Part shown: one piece after another, positions 1-9,743 of the stretch
How the letters are laid out: the number at the start of each line of letters is the position of its first letter
How positions within the stretch are numbered: the stretch's first letter is position 1
Source of the DNA: Vicinamibacteria bacterium
Lineage (GTDB): Bacteria > Acidobacteriota > Vicinamibacteria > Marinacidobacterales > Marinacidobacteraceae
NCBI GenBank assembly: GCA_964291235.2
Contig: OZ219816.1
Location: forward strand, 576,001 to 640,000
Direction of reading: 5' to 3'
DNA length: 64,000 nucleotides
Notes under the pieces: model-generated
Told to the model about the DNA's origin: nothing
The model's database searches: none
What the model saw: only the letters and a program-made list of their open reading frames with translations
Made by a program: the position numbers and the translations under genes

Positions 1-1053
1 GCCGGTCCCGGCCGGGTGGAGGTCGTGTCTCCGGGGGAGTCCGAGGTCAGCCGGCTCGAGGCGCGGAACGTCATCGTCGCCACCGGGTCCGAAGCCCGCA
101 CCCTTCCCTTCCTGCCGGTGGACGGGGACCGGATCCTCACCAACCGGGAGATGTTTTCCCTCGAGGAACCGCCCGCGCGGCTCGGCATCATCGGCGCCGG
201 GGCAGTGGGCGCCGAGTTTGCGTCGATGTTCCGTAGCTACGGCTCCCGCGTGGAACTCTTCGAAGTGCTGCCGCGGGTGTTGCCGCTCGAGGACGCCGAA
301 GTGTCCGAAGTGGTGGGCAAGGCGTTCCGGAAACGCAAGATTCAGGTGCGGACCGAGGCCCGGGTGGAGGCCGCCGACGTTGTGGAAACGGGAGTGCAGG
401 TGCGTTACCAGGTCGGGGATGAGACGGAAACGGCCGAGTACGACCGGCTGCTGGTGGCGGTGGGCCGGGCGCCGCGGACGGCGAACATCGGGCTCGACAC
501 CGTCGGGATCGAGGTCGAGAGGGGCGGTTTCATCCCCGTGGATGGGGTGTGCCGGACCCGGGCAGCTGGTGTCTATGCGATCGGCGATGTCGTCCGAAGC
601 GCCCAGCTCGCGCACGTGGCGTCCGCCGAGGCGGACGTGGCGGTGGCGACCATTGCCGGACAGAAGGCGCAACCGCTTCGCCGGGAGCGGATGCCGGCGG
701 CTACCTACTGCGTGCCCGAGGTGGGTTCGGTGGGGCTGACCGAGGAGGCGGCCGCGGCGGCCGGCCACGAAGTCCAGATCGGCCGTTTTCCGTTTGCCGC
801 AAACAGCAAGGCGAACATCCTCGGCGACCCGACCGGCTTCGTGAAGGTCGTCGCGGATGCCCGCTACGGCGAGGTGCTCGGGGTGCACATCGTGGGACCG
901 CACGCCACCGACCTGATCGCCGAAGCGGTGGTTGCGCTGGAACACGAAGCGACCCTGGAATCACTCGCGCGCAGCGTGCACCCACATCCCACGCTCTCCG
1001 AGGCGGTGGCGGAAGCGGCGCTCGCCGCTTCCGGCGCCCCGCTTCACGCGTGA
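1..1053 (+). CDS. lpdA: Dihydrolipoamide dehydrogenase (E3), 5'-truncated by the window edge
   Basis: VIVATGS, IIGAGAVGAE, YAIGD and C-terminal HPHPTLSE motifs; frame is open from base 1. Confidence 0.95.
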   Translation, partial: AGPGRVEVVSPGESEVSRLEARNVIVATGSEARTLPFLPVDGDRILTNREMFSLEEPPARLGIIGAGAVGAEFASMFRSYGSRVELFEVLPRVLPLEDAEVSEVVGKAFRKRKIQVRTEARVEAADVVETGVQVRYQVGDETETAEYDRLLVAVGRAPRTANIGLDTVGIEVERGGFIPVDGVCRTRAAGVYAIGDVVRSAQLAHVASAEADVAVATIAGQKAQPLRRERMPAATYCVPEVGSVGLTEEAAAAAGHEVQIGRFPFAANSKANILGDPTGFVKVVADARYGEVLGVHIVGPHATDLIAEAVVALEHEATLESLARSVHPHPTLSEAVAEAALAASGAPLHA

Positions 1054-1793
1054 GCCGCCTCGTGCACGGGGCTTCGGCGGCGACCGCGTCCGCGCCGCCG
1101 CTCTGGCGGCTCGACCTGAGGCCGCTGAGCTACCGGCACGCCTGGGACCTGCAGCGCGATCTCGTGGAGCGCCGCCAACGCGACGAGATTCCGGACGTCC
1201 TCTTGCTCACGGAGCACCCGCCCGTCTTCACCCTCGGCAAGAGCGCCCACCGCGAGCACCTGCTGGAGCCGCCCGCGCAGCTCGCCGGACGCGGCGCCGA
1301 GGTGATTGAGACGGATCGTGGCGGAGACGTGACGTTCCACGGTCCCGGCCAACTGGTGGCCTATCCGATCGTGCACCTCGGGGGCTGGAAGAAGGACGTC
1401 CATGCCTACCTCCGGGCGCTCGAGGGAGCGGCTATCGAAACCGCCGCGTGGTTCGGGACGACGGCTTCCCGCCGCACCGGGTTGACCGGCGTCTGGTGCG
1501 GTGGCGGCGGAGCGCCCCGCAAGCTGGCCTCCATCGGGGTCCGGGTTTCCCGCTGGGTGGCTTCGCACGGCCTGGCGTTCAACGTGACTACCGATCTCGG
1601 CTGGTTCTCCCACATCGTGCCGTGCGGCATCCGCGACTCGGGGACCACCTCGCTCGAGATCGAGACCGGCCGCTCCCCGTCTCTCGACGCGGTCGCCGAC
1701 CGGCTGGCGTCGTCCTTCGCGGACATCTTCGGGCGGCAGATCATTCCGGCTCCGGATTCCCTGACCGCCGGGCTCCGGCTGCGAACCCCGTAG
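1050..1793 (+). CDS. lipB: Lipoyl(octanoyl) transferase
   Basis: EHPPVFTLG, DRGGDVTFHGPGQLV, KLASIG, HGLAFN and IVPCG motifs; GTG overlaps the lpdA TGA. Confidence 0.93.
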   Translation: MSRLVHGASAATASAPPLWRLDLRPLSYRHAWDLQRDLVERRQRDEIPDVLLLTEHPPVFTLGKSAHREHLLEPPAQLAGRGAEVIETDRGGDVTFHGPGQLVAYPIVHLGGWKKDVHAYLRALEGAAIETAAWFGTTASRRTGLTGVWCGGGGAPRKLASIGVRVSRWVASHGLAFNVTTDLGWFSHIVPCGIRDSGTTSLEIETGRSPSLDAVADRLASSFADIFGRQIIPAPDSLTAGLRLRTP

Positions 1794-1811
1794 GAGGGCT
1801 GCGCCGACGCC

Positions 1812-2792
1812 GTGCCGGTCACCTACTTCGAGGCCATTCGGCGGGCGCTCCGCTCGGAGATGGAGCGCGACCCCCGGGTGATCCTGCTCGGGGAGGACAT
1901 CGGGCTGTACGGCGGGGCCTTCCGGCTGACGGACGGATTTCTGGATGACTTCGGTCCCGATCGGGTGCTCGACACCCCAATCAGCGAAGAGGGATTTACC
2001 GGAATGGCGGTTGGCGCGGCGCTCGCCGGTTTCCGTCCCGTGGTGGAGTTCCAGTTCATGGACTTCATCGCGAGCGCGTTCAACATGGTGACGAACTTCG
2101 CCGCCAAGAGCCACTACCGGGCCGGCGCCGCGGTTCCCATCGTGCTCCGGGGCCCCTCCGGCGCCGGCGTCCGCGCGGGACCGTTTCATTCCCAGAATCC
2201 GGAAGCCCACTTCGCGCACACTCCGGGAATCAAGGTCGCGGCGCCCGCCACGGCGCCGGACGCCGCCGGTCTCCTGCGGGCCGCGATCCGCGACGACGAT
2301 CCGGTGCTCTTCCTCGAGCACAAGCGCCTCTACCGGAGCCTGCGGGTCCCGGACGACGAGTTCGAGCGCGCGCCCGAGGTTGTTCCGCTGGGGAAGGCGG
2401 CGATCCGGCGGGCAGGCGACGCACTCACGATTGCCACCTACGGTGCGGCGGTGTGGGTGGCGCTCGAGGCCGCCGAAGAACTGGCCGCCGACGGGATCGA
2501 AGCGGAGGTTCTGGACCTCCGGTGTCTGGTTCCGCTCGACCGGGAGGCGCTGTTCGATTCCGTCCGCCGCACGAGCCGGTTGCTGGTGCTCCACGAGGAC
2601 AACCTGACCGGCGGTTTCGGCGGCGAGATCGCGGCGCTCGCCGCCGAGCACGTCTTCAGCGATCTGGACGCCCCGGTGATCCGGATCGCGGCCGCCGACA
2701 CCCCGGTCCCCTACGCGGCCGAACTCGAGGACGCAGTGCTGCCGAACGCCGCCCGGGTGGTGGCGGCGGCGCGCCGCCTGCTGCGCTACTGA
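1812..2792 (+). CDS. pdhB: 2-oxoacid dehydrogenase E1 beta subunit
   Basis: GEDIGLYGGAF, DTPISE, EFQFMDF and HSQNPE motifs; substrate (pyruvate vs branched-chain) not resolved. Confidence 0.88.
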   Translation: MPVTYFEAIRRALRSEMERDPRVILLGEDIGLYGGAFRLTDGFLDDFGPDRVLDTPISEEGFTGMAVGAALAGFRPVVEFQFMDFIASAFNMVTNFAAKSHYRAGAAVPIVLRGPSGAGVRAGPFHSQNPEAHFAHTPGIKVAAPATAPDAAGLLRAAIRDDDPVLFLEHKRLYRSLRVPDDEFERAPEVVPLGKAAIRRAGDALTIATYGAAVWVALEAAEELAADGIEAEVLDLRCLVPLDREALFDSVRRTSRLLVLHEDNLTGGFGGEIAALAAEHVFSDLDAPVIRIAAADTPVPYAAELEDAVLPNAARVVAAARRLLRY

Positions 2793-2794
2793 GC

Positions 2795-2824
2795 GTAGGA
2801 GCGCCGGCCTCTGGCCGGCATCGC
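2795..2824 (+). repeat. GTAG-type REP-like palindrome GTAGGAGC-GCCGGCC-TCT-GGCCGGC-ATCGC
   Basis: 7-bp hairpin preceded by GTAG, 2 bp after the pdhB stop; near-identical copies at 12658, 33583, 33744/35023 and 62751. Confidence 0.8.
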
Positions 2825-2944
2825 TTCGCATAGGGGAGCGAGTTCGCGCGTCGCCTTCTAGCCGGACGGTGCAACCTGCACGCGGGCGATTGCGCCGTCT
2901 CCACGCTTCCTCTCTGGTGGCCCACCCCTGCTCGGCCATACGTC

Positions 2945-3590
2945 GCGCCGGCACGGGAACGCCGGCCTCCAGGCCGGCACAGCGGCCCGCAGGGCCGCGT
3001 CGGCACAAACGCCACCCGTCGGCATGGCTCCCGTCTCGACCCCTACCCCACTGAGGCCGACGGGGAAGGAGGGACATCGGTGAACGCTCTGGCCGCCCTC
3101 CGGGCTCCCGCCGCTCTCCCCAACGTCCCTCATTCCCTGCCGAAACAGGCTCCCCAGGGTGACAAAGTTCGTGTCGTTTGACAGGTCCCCGCCGAGAGGG
3201 GAACCGTTCGGACGCTGGGGAGCCGTCCCGCCGCCCCGCTTTGCGGGGCTGTGCCGGCCTGGAGCACGGCGTTCCCGTGCCGGTGCGTTGTGGGGCTGGA
3301 GGGCGATGTGCTGTCCGCGGGCCTGCGGCCCGCTGTGCCGGCCTGGAGGCCGGCGTTCCCGTGCCGGCGTCACGGGTGGCTGGGGAGGAGTACGCGCTGG
3401 CGGGTGCCGGCCCCACCGAGCGCGAAAAAAATGGCAGCGAACCTTGTTCGCTGCCGGCGTGACCGGGGGGAAAGTGTGAAAGGGGGGCACCCCCCCTTTC
3501 ACAAGAAGGTAACGACGAACCGGAACTCGCCGAAGCGCGCGTCAGCGCGCGAGGGAGTTGCGGTTCGCGGCGCGCAGCGCCGGGGGACCG
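2945..3590. repeat. Composite intergenic repeat: GGGAACGCCGGCCTCCAGGCCGGCACAGC units plus a ~165-bp structured module
   Basis: Hairpin units at ~2955 (+) and ~3250, ~3335 (-); 3425-3585 is a near-identical inverted copy of ~20998-21157. Confidence 0.85.
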
Positions 3591-3665
3591 GAAGGGGGGC
3601 GTGACTCTGAACGGGATCGCGTTTCTCCGCCGGCCGGCCCAGCGCCCCCCTTCCGGTCCCCCGGC

Positions 3666-4586
3666 CTAAGGAATCTGGTTGGCCGCGTGGTACGAGCTGC
3701 GGACGAGCGGCCCCGCTTCGACGTGGCGAAGCCCGATGGACTTGCCCCGCTCGGCGAGCGCCCGGAATTCCTCCGGCGGCACGAACCGTTCGACCGCCAG
3801 GTGAGCCGGGGTGGGCTGGAGGTACTGGCCGGCGGTCAGGATGTCCACGGAGTTCCGGACGAGGTCTTCCATGAGGCCGTCCAGTTCCTCGCCGGTCTCT
3901 CCGAGGCCGAGCATCACTCCGGTCTTGGTCAGAGCATTCGGCCGCAGTTCCTTGGCGCGGCGAAGCAGATCCAGCGAACGCTGGTAGCGCGCGCCAGGCC
4001 GCACGGCCTTGTAGAGGCGCGGCACCGTTTCCACATTGTGGTTGAGGATCTCCGGGTCTTCCTCCATCACGGTCGCGAGCGCCGCCCAGTCGCCCTGGAA
4101 ATCCGGGATCAACACCTCGACCGTGGTGTCCGGGCACCGGCGGCGGACGGCGCGGATGGTCTCCCGGAAAATGCCCGCCCCCCCGTCGGCGAGATCGTCG
4201 CGGTTGACCGAAGTGATCACCGCGTGCCGCAGTTCCATCACTTCGACGGCGTCGGCGACCCGTTCGGGCTCTTCGAGATCGAGACCCACCGGGCGTCCGG
4301 TGGTCACCGCGCAGAACCGGCAGGCCCGCGTGCAGATGTCACCCAGGATCATGAACGTCGCGGTTCCCTGACCCCAGCATTCGGCGACGTTGGGGCAGCG
4401 CGCCTCTTCGCACACGGTGTGGAGGTTCTTCTCGCGAAGCAGTTTCCGCAGGTGCGCCCAGGTGGGGCCGGAGGGAACCCGTACCTTCAGCCACTCCGGC
4501 CGGCGTTGTCGCGCGGGCCGCGGCCCGGGAGGGACGGCGGGGGCCGGCCCCGAGGCGATGACGGGGAGGGGAACGGCGCCGGTCAA
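3666..4586 (-). CDS. lipA: Lipoyl synthase (radical SAM)
   Basis: CEEARCPNVAEC and CTRACRFC cluster motifs; C-terminal RSSY. Confidence 0.97.
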   Translation of the reverse strand: MTGAVPLPVIASGPAPAVPPGPRPARQRRPEWLKVRVPSGPTWAHLRKLLREKNLHTVCEEARCPNVAECWGQGTATFMILGDICTRACRFCAVTTGRPVGLDLEEPERVADAVEVMELRHAVITSVNRDDLADGGAGIFRETIRAVRRRCPDTTVEVLIPDFQGDWAALATVMEEDPEILNHNVETVPRLYKAVRPGARYQRSLDLLRRAKELRPNALTKTGVMLGLGETGEELDGLMEDLVRNSVDILTAGQYLQPTPAHLAVERFVPPEEFRALAERGKSIGLRHVEAGPLVRSSYHAANQIP

Positions 4587-5956
4587 GGACGGAGGTCGCC
4601 CTCGGGCCAGTCCTCGAGGCGCGACTTCACCGAGGCCATGAACTGGTCCGCAACCGCTCCGTCGATCAGGCGGTGGTCGAAGGACAGGGCCAGGAACACC
4701 ATCGAACGGACCGCAATGGCGTCCCCGTCCACCACCACCGGCCGCTTGTGGACACCCCCGACGCCCAGGATGGCGACTTGCGGCTGGGCAATGATGGGAG
4801 TGCCGAAGAGGGCGCCGTAGGGACCGGGGTTCGTGATCGTGAAGGTGCCGCCCTGCACCTCGTCCGGGGTCAGGGCGCCGCCGCGGGCGCGTTGGGCAAG
4901 GTCCGCGATCCCCCGGGCCAGCCCCATGAAGTTCCGCTCGTCGGCCCGCTCCAGCACCGGAACGATGAGCCCGTCCGGGAGGGCAACGGCGATTCCCAGG
5001 TTGACGCTCCGGTGGTACACGACGTGATCCTCGCCGAGCGACGCGTTCAGGACCGGGAATTCACCGAGCGCGTCGATCGCCGCCTGGGCGAAGAAGGGCA
5101 TCAGGGTGAGGCGGACCCCGACCCGGTTTTCGAAGGCGGGTCCGTTGGCGGCCCGCACCGCGACCACCCGCGAGACATCGACTTCGAACACCGTCGTGAC
5201 GTGCGCCGACGTCTGCCGGGAACGCACCATGTGCTCGGCGATGGAGCGCCGCATGTGGGACAGCGGTTCGGCCCGGCCCCCACCTGCCACTTCGGGAACC
5301 GCGGGAGCTGGTTCGGAGGGAACGGCGGCGCCGGCGGGAAGTTCGGCTTGCGGCTCCGGGGGCGCGGGCAGCGGCTCGGCCGCTGCGGGTTCGGGAGCGG
5401 CGGCCGGGACCGGCGTTTCGACCTCGGCCGATTCCCGGCTGTCGAGGAAGGCCACCATGTCGCGCTTCGTGACCCGGCCGCCTTCGCCGGTTCCCGGGAC
5501 GTCGGCCAGGTCCACGTCGTTTTCCCGCGCCATCCGTCGCACGAGCGGGGAACTGCGGGGCTGGCGGCGGGTGCCCGCCTGACGGCCGTCCTCCGGATCG
5601 GTGGCAGGCGCTCCTGCCTGTGGTTCCGCCGGGACGGGTCCGCTGTCCGGCTCCGGGACGTCGGAAAGCGCCGCCTCGCCGTCCGCCGCTGCCGGCTCCC
5701 CGGGAGACCAGACCTCGCCTTCGGCCGCTATCCGGCCGACGATGGTGTTCACCGTGACGGTTTCGCCCTCCGGGACCAGGATCTCGACGAGCCGGCCGGT
5801 GAGGGCCGCGGGTACCTCGGTGTCAACCTTGTCGGTGGCGATATCGAAGAGCGGATCGTCCCGCTCGATGGTGTCACCGACGGCGACCCGCCACTTGGTG
5901 ATCGTTCCCTCGGTGATGCTCTCGCCCATCTGGGGCATGATGATGTCGCTGGGCAC
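4583..5956 (-). CDS. Dihydrolipoamide acyltransferase (E2), single lipoyl domain
   Basis: MPQMGESITEG...TDKV lipoyl domain, SSPLVRRMA E3-binding domain, catalytic DHRLIDG. Confidence 0.92.
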   Translation of the reverse strand: MPSDIIMPQMGESITEGTITKWRVAVGDTIERDDPLFDIATDKVDTEVPAALTGRLVEILVPEGETVTVNTIVGRIAAEGEVWSPGEPAAADGEAALSDVPEPDSGPVPAEPQAGAPATDPEDGRQAGTRRQPRSSPLVRRMARENDVDLADVPGTGEGGRVTKRDMVAFLDSRESAEVETPVPAAAPEPAAAEPLPAPPEPQAELPAGAAVPSEPAPAVPEVAGGGRAEPLSHMRRSIAEHMVRSRQTSAHVTTVFEVDVSRVVAVRAANGPAFENRVGVRLTLMPFFAQAAIDALGEFPVLNASLGEDHVVYHRSVNLGIAVALPDGLIVPVLERADERNFMGLARGIADLAQRARGGALTPDEVQGGTFTITNPGPYGALFGTPIIAQPQVAILGVGGVHKRPVVVDGDAIAVRSMVFLALSFDHRLIDGAVADQFMASVKSRLEDWPEGDLRP

Positions 5957-6006
5957 GGGCCGGGAATTCTAGTGTGGAGAGGTCGGGACGCCGTATCCAC
6001 AGGCCG

Positions 6007-8004
6007 CTAGGGCGGCGCGAGGTGGAGGGACAGGAACTCCAGAACCCGGGTGTAGAACGCGTAGCTGGCGCCCCGGTCGGTCTCCCAACGGAAGATGGAA
6101 CGGCCGATGTCGGCGCGGAAGTAGCGCTCCACCAGGGGGAAGTCGGAGCGGGACCGGAGTTCGGTAAGAAAATCGCTTTTGGCCTCGAGCGGCACCTCCG
6201 GCACCTCCTCGCCGTGAAAGGACATGAGCGGCGCCCGAACCGCATCGCCCTCCCCGTTCAGCGACAGCCGCCGGTAGTTCTCGAGATTCCCGCGGTCCGG
6301 TCCGAGCTCTCCTTCCACGAAGGCCCGCCGCTCCGGATCAAGCGACCGAAACAGCGCGCGTGGATCCGCGAACCCCATGGCCTCGACGCCGCAGGTGAAG
6401 AGTTCGGGATGGCGCGCCAGCGCGGCCAGCGCCAGGAAGCCGCCGTACTCGATCCCGAAGATGCAGGCGTCCTCCGGTGAGATGTCCGGGAGCGCCTGCG
6501 CGGCCCGGGCGAGCGCCACCAGGTCGTCGAGGTCGGAGGCGCCCCAGTCGCCGTCGTTGAGCGCCGCGAAGGCTGCCCCGCGACCGGAGGAGCCCCGCAC
6601 GTTGGGCGCCAGGATGGCGTAGCCCTGTCCGGTGAGCAGCTGCACGATGGGATCGAACCCGTTCCTCCACCCATCGCCCGCTGGTCCGCGAACGTGCACC
6701 AGGAGGGGCGCCGGCGTTTCTTCCGGAGGCGGAACCGGCCGATAGAGGAAGGCGCCCACGGTGACGCCGTCCTCCCGTTCCACCTCGATCCGCTCGGGCC
6801 GGGAAAAGGTGCGCACGTCGATCTCGGGGAACAGGGTGTCGGTGATCCGGGCGCGTCCGCCCCGGAGAGGAAACGACCAGACATCGCGGGGAAACGCGGG
6901 CGCCTCGTGCAGAGCAAGGATCTGGGTTCCGTCCCGGCTCCAGCGGAGGTTGCGCGCGACTCCGGCGCCCCGCGTCACGATCCGGCTCCGGCCGGCCGGG
7001 ATCCAGCGTCCGTGCTCGTCGCGCTGCAGCCGCGAACGGTGGATGCGCCGGCTGCCGCGGTCGGCCTCGATCCAGGCGATCTCGAGTTCGTCGGCGGCGC
7101 TCCCCAACGGGCGAAAGCGAGGCTCGGCAAGGTCGCGCTCGGCGGTCAGGAGTGGGTAGGGCGGGGCCGTGCCGTCCGCGGCGCCAAAGTAAACCGTGTC
7201 GAAGCCGCCGTCCGGGCATCCGGAGGCGCACGAGACACCGCTCGACCAGGCGAGGCCGGCGCCACCGGGCGCCCAGCCGGGGCCCCCGCGCACCGAACGG
7301 TCGTTGCCGGCGGCGAGGATGAGGGGTTCGCCTCTCGTTTCGACCGCGACCACCGCCAGGCCGCGTCCGGCCCCCGAAGCGAAGCTGTAGGCGAGCCGGG
7401 TTCCGTCCGGGGACCAGACCGGTGCTCCCTCGTCCCCGGGGTGGTCGGTGAGCCGTTCGGCCGGCCCCCCGCTGGCGGACACCAGCCAGATGTCCTCGCC
7501 GCTCCCGGGGCCGCCATCCGCTTCCTCGGGCGACGGCCGCCCGAGGAAGGCGATCCGTTCTCCCGCCGGGTCCACGGCCGGGGCGCGTGCTTCGAGTCCC
7601 GGTTCGGTCAGGGGTTGGGGCTCGCCGCCGAGGGAAAGACGAAAGAGGCGGCCGGTTTCGGGTTCGCGGCCCCGGGGCCGGCGCCCGGAAACGAAGACCA
7701 CCGTCATTCCGTCGCCGAGGAACCGCGGCGCCGAGTCCCAGCGCCGGCCCTCGGTGAGCATTCCCGGCTGAGCCCCGGCAGCGGTCAGGAACAGGGTCGA
7801 GCGATTTCGGGTGGATGCGGCCAGCACCACCCGGCGCCCGTCCGGCGAGACGTCGAAGCCGAGCGCCTGCGGCAGCCCGAAAACGGTGTCCAGCGCGAGC
7901 TGCTGGTCCGGCTCGATGAGCTGCCCGCGCTGGCCCGCGGCCGCTGTGGGCAGGAGCGTGAGCAGCGCCACCCCCGCGCCGACCAGGATCGCGGGAAGCC
8001 TCAT
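6007..8004 (-). CDS. Secreted S9-family peptidase homolog with TolB-like propeller; catalytic triad appears degenerate
   Basis: Signal peptide, SPDG/WSPDG repeats, PNVRGSSGRG; nucleophile motif reads GIEYGG. Confidence 0.8.
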   Translation of the reverse strand: MRLPAILVGAGVALLTLLPTAAAGQRGQLIEPDQQLALDTVFGLPQALGFDVSPDGRRVVLAASTRNRSTLFLTAAGAQPGMLTEGRRWDSAPRFLGDGMTVVFVSGRRPRGREPETGRLFRLSLGGEPQPLTEPGLEARAPAVDPAGERIAFLGRPSPEEADGGPGSGEDIWLVSASGGPAERLTDHPGDEGAPVWSPDGTRLAYSFASGAGRGLAVVAVETRGEPLILAAGNDRSVRGGPGWAPGGAGLAWSSGVSCASGCPDGGFDTVYFGAADGTAPPYPLLTAERDLAEPRFRPLGSAADELEIAWIEADRGSRRIHRSRLQRDEHGRWIPAGRSRIVTRGAGVARNLRWSRDGTQILALHEAPAFPRDVWSFPLRGGRARITDTLFPEIDVRTFSRPERIEVEREDGVTVGAFLYRPVPPPEETPAPLLVHVRGPAGDGWRNGFDPIVQLLTGQGYAILAPNVRGSSGRGAAFAALNDGDWGASDLDDLVALARAAQALPDISPEDACIFGIEYGGFLALAALARHPELFTCGVEAMGFADPRALFRSLDPERRAFVEGELGPDRGNLENYRRLSLNGEGDAVRAPLMSFHGEEVPEVPLEAKSDFLTELRSRSDFPLVERYFRADIGRSIFRWETDRGASYAFYTRVLEFLSLHLAPP

Positions 8005-8066
8005 TCCGGAAGCGTAGTCTTCCGGCCGCTCGCGGAACGTGTCCCGGCGCCCGGCCGGAGGCGATA

Positions 8067-9740
8067 ATGCCGGTACGCCTTCCGGTGAATCCCACTTCCG
8101 TGATCTCTCCTCCTCCGATCCGCTTCGAGTCGCACCCGTCCCGCTATCGGCACTGGGACCTGGAAACCGGCGGGGAGGTCGCCACCCTGACCCTACGGGT
8201 GGATGAGACGGGTGGTCTCCGGCCGGGGTACGCGCTCAAGCTCAACAGCTACGACCTGGGGGTGGACATCGAACTCGCGGACGCCGTGGAGCGGCTGCGG
8301 TTCGAACACCCCGAGGCCGGAGCGGTGGTGATCCGCAGCGCCCTCGACCGGGTGTTTTGCTCCGGCGCCAACATTTTCATGCTGGCCGGCTCTTCCCACG
8401 GGTTCAAGGTCAACTTCTGCAAGTTCACGAACGAGACCCGGCTCGCCATCGAGGATGCGAGTCGCGGGAGCGGCCAGCGGTATCTGGCCGCGCTTGCCGG
8501 GACCACCGCCGGCGGCGGCTACGAACTCGCACTTGCCTGCGACGAAATCCTCCTGGTGGACGATGGCAGTTCCGCGGTTTCGCTGCCGGAGGTGCCGCTC
8601 CTCGGGGTGCTCCCGGGGACCGGCGGGCTGACCCGGGTCATCGACAAGCGCGGGGTCCGGCGGGACCGCGCCGATGTGTTCTCCACGCTCGCGGAAGGAA
8701 TCCGGGGCCGCCGGGCGCTCGAATGGGGCCTCGTGGACGGACTCGCACCGCGCAGCCGCTTCGAAGAGCACGTTCGGGAGCGCACGGCGGCGCTTGCCGC
8801 TTCTTCGCACGGCCGCAAGAAGCGGGGCGTGGTCCTGGAGCCCCTGGAGCCCGAGGAGGGTCCCGACTCAATCCGCTACCGCCATGTCGACTTGTGTTTT
8901 GACCGCAGCGCTCGTACCGCGACCCTCACCGTACGGGCCCCGGAAGACCCGTTCCCGGAAGACGACGCGGCGCTTCGCGCGGCCGGATCCTCGCTCTGGC
9001 ACCTGCGGATGGCGCGGGAACTCGACGACGCGCTCTGCCGGCTCCGCTTCAACGAGCCGGAGACCGGCGTGGTCCTGCTGCGCACGGCGGGCGATCCCGA
9101 CGCCGTGAAGGAAGCGGACCGCCGGCTTGAGAAGTTCGGCATGATCTGGCTCGCCTCCCAGACCCGCTTCCGGGTGGGCCGGATGCTCCGCCGGCTCGAC
9201 CAGACCGCGCGGAGCTTTTTCGCGGTGGCGGAACCCGGCGAACGGTTCGTGGGGACCCTCGCCGAACTCGCGTTCGCCGCCGACCGCTCCTACCTCTGCG
9301 ACGATCCGGACCGCCCCGCGGGGATCGAGGTCACCGCGCTGAACCTCGGCGCCTACCCGATGGGGAACGGCCTCTCGCGGCTCGAGACCCGGTTCTACGG
9401 GAAGGCCGATTGGATCGAGGGCCTCCGGTGGCAAGGCCGGTTCGGCGCCGCCGAGGCGGAGAAGCTGGGTCTCGCCACCTTCGCTCCCGACGACCTCGAC
9501 TGGGAGGACGAGCTGCGGGTCGCGATCGAGGAACGCGCCGGGTTCTCGCCCGATGCGCTCACCGGGATGGAGGCGTCACTGCGCTTCGCCGGTCCCGAGA
9601 CCATGGAAACCCGGATCTTCGGGCGCCTCTCCGCCTGGCAGAACTGGATCTTCCAGCGGCCCAACGCGATGGGGGAGCGCGGCGCCCTCACCACCTACGG
9701 CAAGCCTGAACGCCCCGCCTTCGACTGGGAAAGAACCTGA
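8067..9740 (+). CDS. boxC: 2,3-epoxybenzoyl-CoA dihydrolase (start may be slightly downstream)
   Basis: KLNSYDLGVDIEL, KVNFCKFTNETR, IFGRLSAWQNWIFQRPNA; crotonase AGGGYELALACD. Confidence 0.93.
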   Translation: MPVRLPVNPTSVISPPPIRFESHPSRYRHWDLETGGEVATLTLRVDETGGLRPGYALKLNSYDLGVDIELADAVERLRFEHPEAGAVVIRSALDRVFCSGANIFMLAGSSHGFKVNFCKFTNETRLAIEDASRGSGQRYLAALAGTTAGGGYELALACDEILLVDDGSSAVSLPEVPLLGVLPGTGGLTRVIDKRGVRRDRADVFSTLAEGIRGRRALEWGLVDGLAPRSRFEEHVRERTAALAASSHGRKKRGVVLEPLEPEEGPDSIRYRHVDLCFDRSARTATLTVRAPEDPFPEDDAALRAAGSSLWHLRMARELDDALCRLRFNEPETGVVLLRTAGDPDAVKEADRRLEKFGMIWLASQTRFRVGRMLRRLDQTARSFFAVAEPGERFVGTLAELAFAADRSYLCDDPDRPAGIEVTALNLGAYPMGNGLSRLETRFYGKADWIEGLRWQGRFGAAEAEKLGLATFAPDDLDWEDELRVAIEERAGFSPDALTGMEASLRFAGPETMETRIFGRLSAWQNWIFQRPNAMGERGALTTYGKPERPAFDWERT

Positions 9741-9743
9741 TCC

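Noticed and set aside
549-1049. N-terminal extensions of lipB, thiolase, S41, hisZ, hisA and IS OrfA in the ORF track
   Set aside because: They overlap upstream genes and have shadow-frame composition; better starts exist at stop/start overlaps or after an RBS.
2858-3604. ORFs such as MKGGVPPFHTFPP..., repeated near 21000-21600
   Set aside because: They arise from palindromic repeat DNA open in several frames; no domain or RBS support.
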